From Jimgerdemannia flammicorona (taxonomy: Eukaryota), in assembly GCA_003990765.1 (NCBI GenBank), contig RBNJ01000174.1, positions 1-37,892 of the forward strand: a stretch of 37,892 nt of DNA, given 5' to 3'. The translations under genes and the position numbers were made by a program. The notes under the pieces were generated by a model. That model did no database searches. It saw only the letters and a list, made by a program, of their open reading frames with translations, and was not told the origin of the DNA. Shown here piece after piece: positions 36,374 to 37,892 of the stretch (positions are counted from its first letter, which is position 1; every line of letters begins with the position of its first letter).

Positions 36374-37620
36374 ACTTTAGCCAGCAGATCCTTCTAAATA
36401 TGCCTCCCCTGTACCCTCTCCCAGGCTGTCTGATCCAGCTACATCTTCTTGCTATTTATAATCTCTACAATTATCTTGGTCTTATATTCCTTCCAGATCA
36501 ATCTCCTCCTCTCCATTGCTCTGGCCAAATCTTTCAATACCTCCAGTAAGTTCTTCTCTTCTTCCAGTATCTCCTTTACTCTTGAGATCTTATACTCTAT
36601 AGGTCCCTACTTGAGAACTGCTGGCCAGTTCCTTGTCTTCTCTGTATTCTCCTTACATATCAACTGTACCCTGATGTCTATATCTCCTGTCCTAAATTCT
36701 ATATCCTCTCAGACCCAAAATCCAACATCTACAATATCTCCATACTTCTTGATGGTCTCTACAATCAACTCCTTGGCCATTTCCTTTGATACTATAGGAA
36801 CATCTAGTACCATCAGCTATATCACTTAGAGGTCCCAGTATAGCACTAGGCTATAGAGATTACTACTTCCCCCACTACCACTCCCTTCTCCATTACTTCC
36901 AACAGTATCTCCTTCTTTGAAAAGCCTACCACCACTCCATCCAGACCCTTTAAAAACTTTACTAATGCTGCTCCCTTCACCTTCTGGACCAGAAGCCTCA
37001 GAATTATTTTTACTATCACTACCAAGCCTCAGAAATACAATATGATAGTAAATTGCAATCTTGATTTCTTGAGTAATAGTGTTACTATCAGCCCTATCAC
37101 ACTATCTGCCAGATCTCCAAGCCTCATGCCCACCCTCTGTTCAGATTTACCATCAACTATCACATCTGAATTTTTTTCTAAATTAGCAGTCCTCTTGCCA
37201 TCAGCAGTCTTACCCACTACTCTCTCAGTCCTGCTGCTCTTACTGCTATAGGCCACTCTATTAGACCCTACAGCCCTTGCCATCTCCTTGCCCTTCCTCA
37301 GCCAGCTCTCTAGTCTAGTTGTCAGCTGACTCCTCTTCACCTTATCTGCAAAGCTCACTCTTTCAGTCTCCTGTCTCTCAGTACTATCTTCTCTCCTTCT
37401 ATGTCCTCTAGTCAGCAAGCCCCTCATACTTCTCCTTAAGTCATAACTCCTCTCCACATACTGCCAGTTAAATGCACTAGGGCTGCCCTGCCTAGTATAT
37501 ATATTAGAATGCTCAGTTATCATCATATTGCTAGTATCTTTTCTCTAAAAATAATGTCTTGAGTATTGTCAGAAGTTTGTATAATCTGAATATTACTAGA
37601 GAAAGAGTGGGGCTGAGATA
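31798..37620 (-). mobile_element. LINE-c: full-length, decayed L1/Tx1-type element
   Basis: (TAA)n tail at 31798-31830; TSD TAGTTATTT(A/G)GTCTT at 31783-31797 and 37621-37635; ORF2 start MNSIIRILSLNVNGL at 35545; VLQGDPLS; ORF1 homology at 37029-37430. Confidence 0.93.
36334..36371. repeat. Poly(C) homopolymer (38 nt) in LINE-c ORF1
   Basis: Read directly from the sequence. Confidence 0.9.
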
Positions 37621-37861
37621 TAGTTATTTGGTCTTACTAAGAGTTACTTATTGATAGATAATTTATTTTATCTTATAGTATTCTTTTAACTCTTACTAAT
37701 AGTTGAAGACTTGAAAGTATAGACTTTATTGAGATCTAGATTGTTAGATATTTATATGTTAATATATAGTAATTTAATAGAGATTAATTAACATTTAATA
37801 GCTATAAGAATAACTGTCAAAATCTTAATCTTGATTTGTTCTTGATATTATTATGTATTAG

Positions 37862-37892
<31 letters not shown>

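Larger units (their letters stand above)
31013..37868 (-). mobile_element. Element C: 3' LTR and accessory-ORF region of a B-family gypsy element, split by LINE-c
   Basis: 31013-31797 matches 1806-1953 plus 10696-11260, and 37636-37868 matches ~11260-11500. It is more AT-decayed than B. Confidence 0.85.

Overview
Eukaryotic, probably fungal DNA (short GT-AG introns with CTRAY-like branch sites). About 85% is nested, CpG-depleted, transition-mutated retroelements around one CpG-intact cytochrome P450 gene (28764-30643, +). Element A (1954-10691, +) is a full-length non-chromoviral Ty3/gypsy element with ~1.5 kb LTRs and an ATAG target-site duplication (TSD). It sits in the 3' LTR of element B (1806-~22390, -), a chromovirus-type gypsy element. 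Element C (31013-37868, -) is the 3' end of a B relative. Three L1/Tx1-type LINEs are present, all on the minus strand, two full-length with TSDs. The main observation is that A and B, from different gypsy lineages, share an accessory kit: a dUTPase, an adjacent ~42-aa Cys/His module in permuted order, and a homologous non-env extra ORF 3' of pol. In A that ORF lies inside the LTR, just upstream of a 35-bp repeat array and the TATA box. All alignments were done by eye and no database searches were run.
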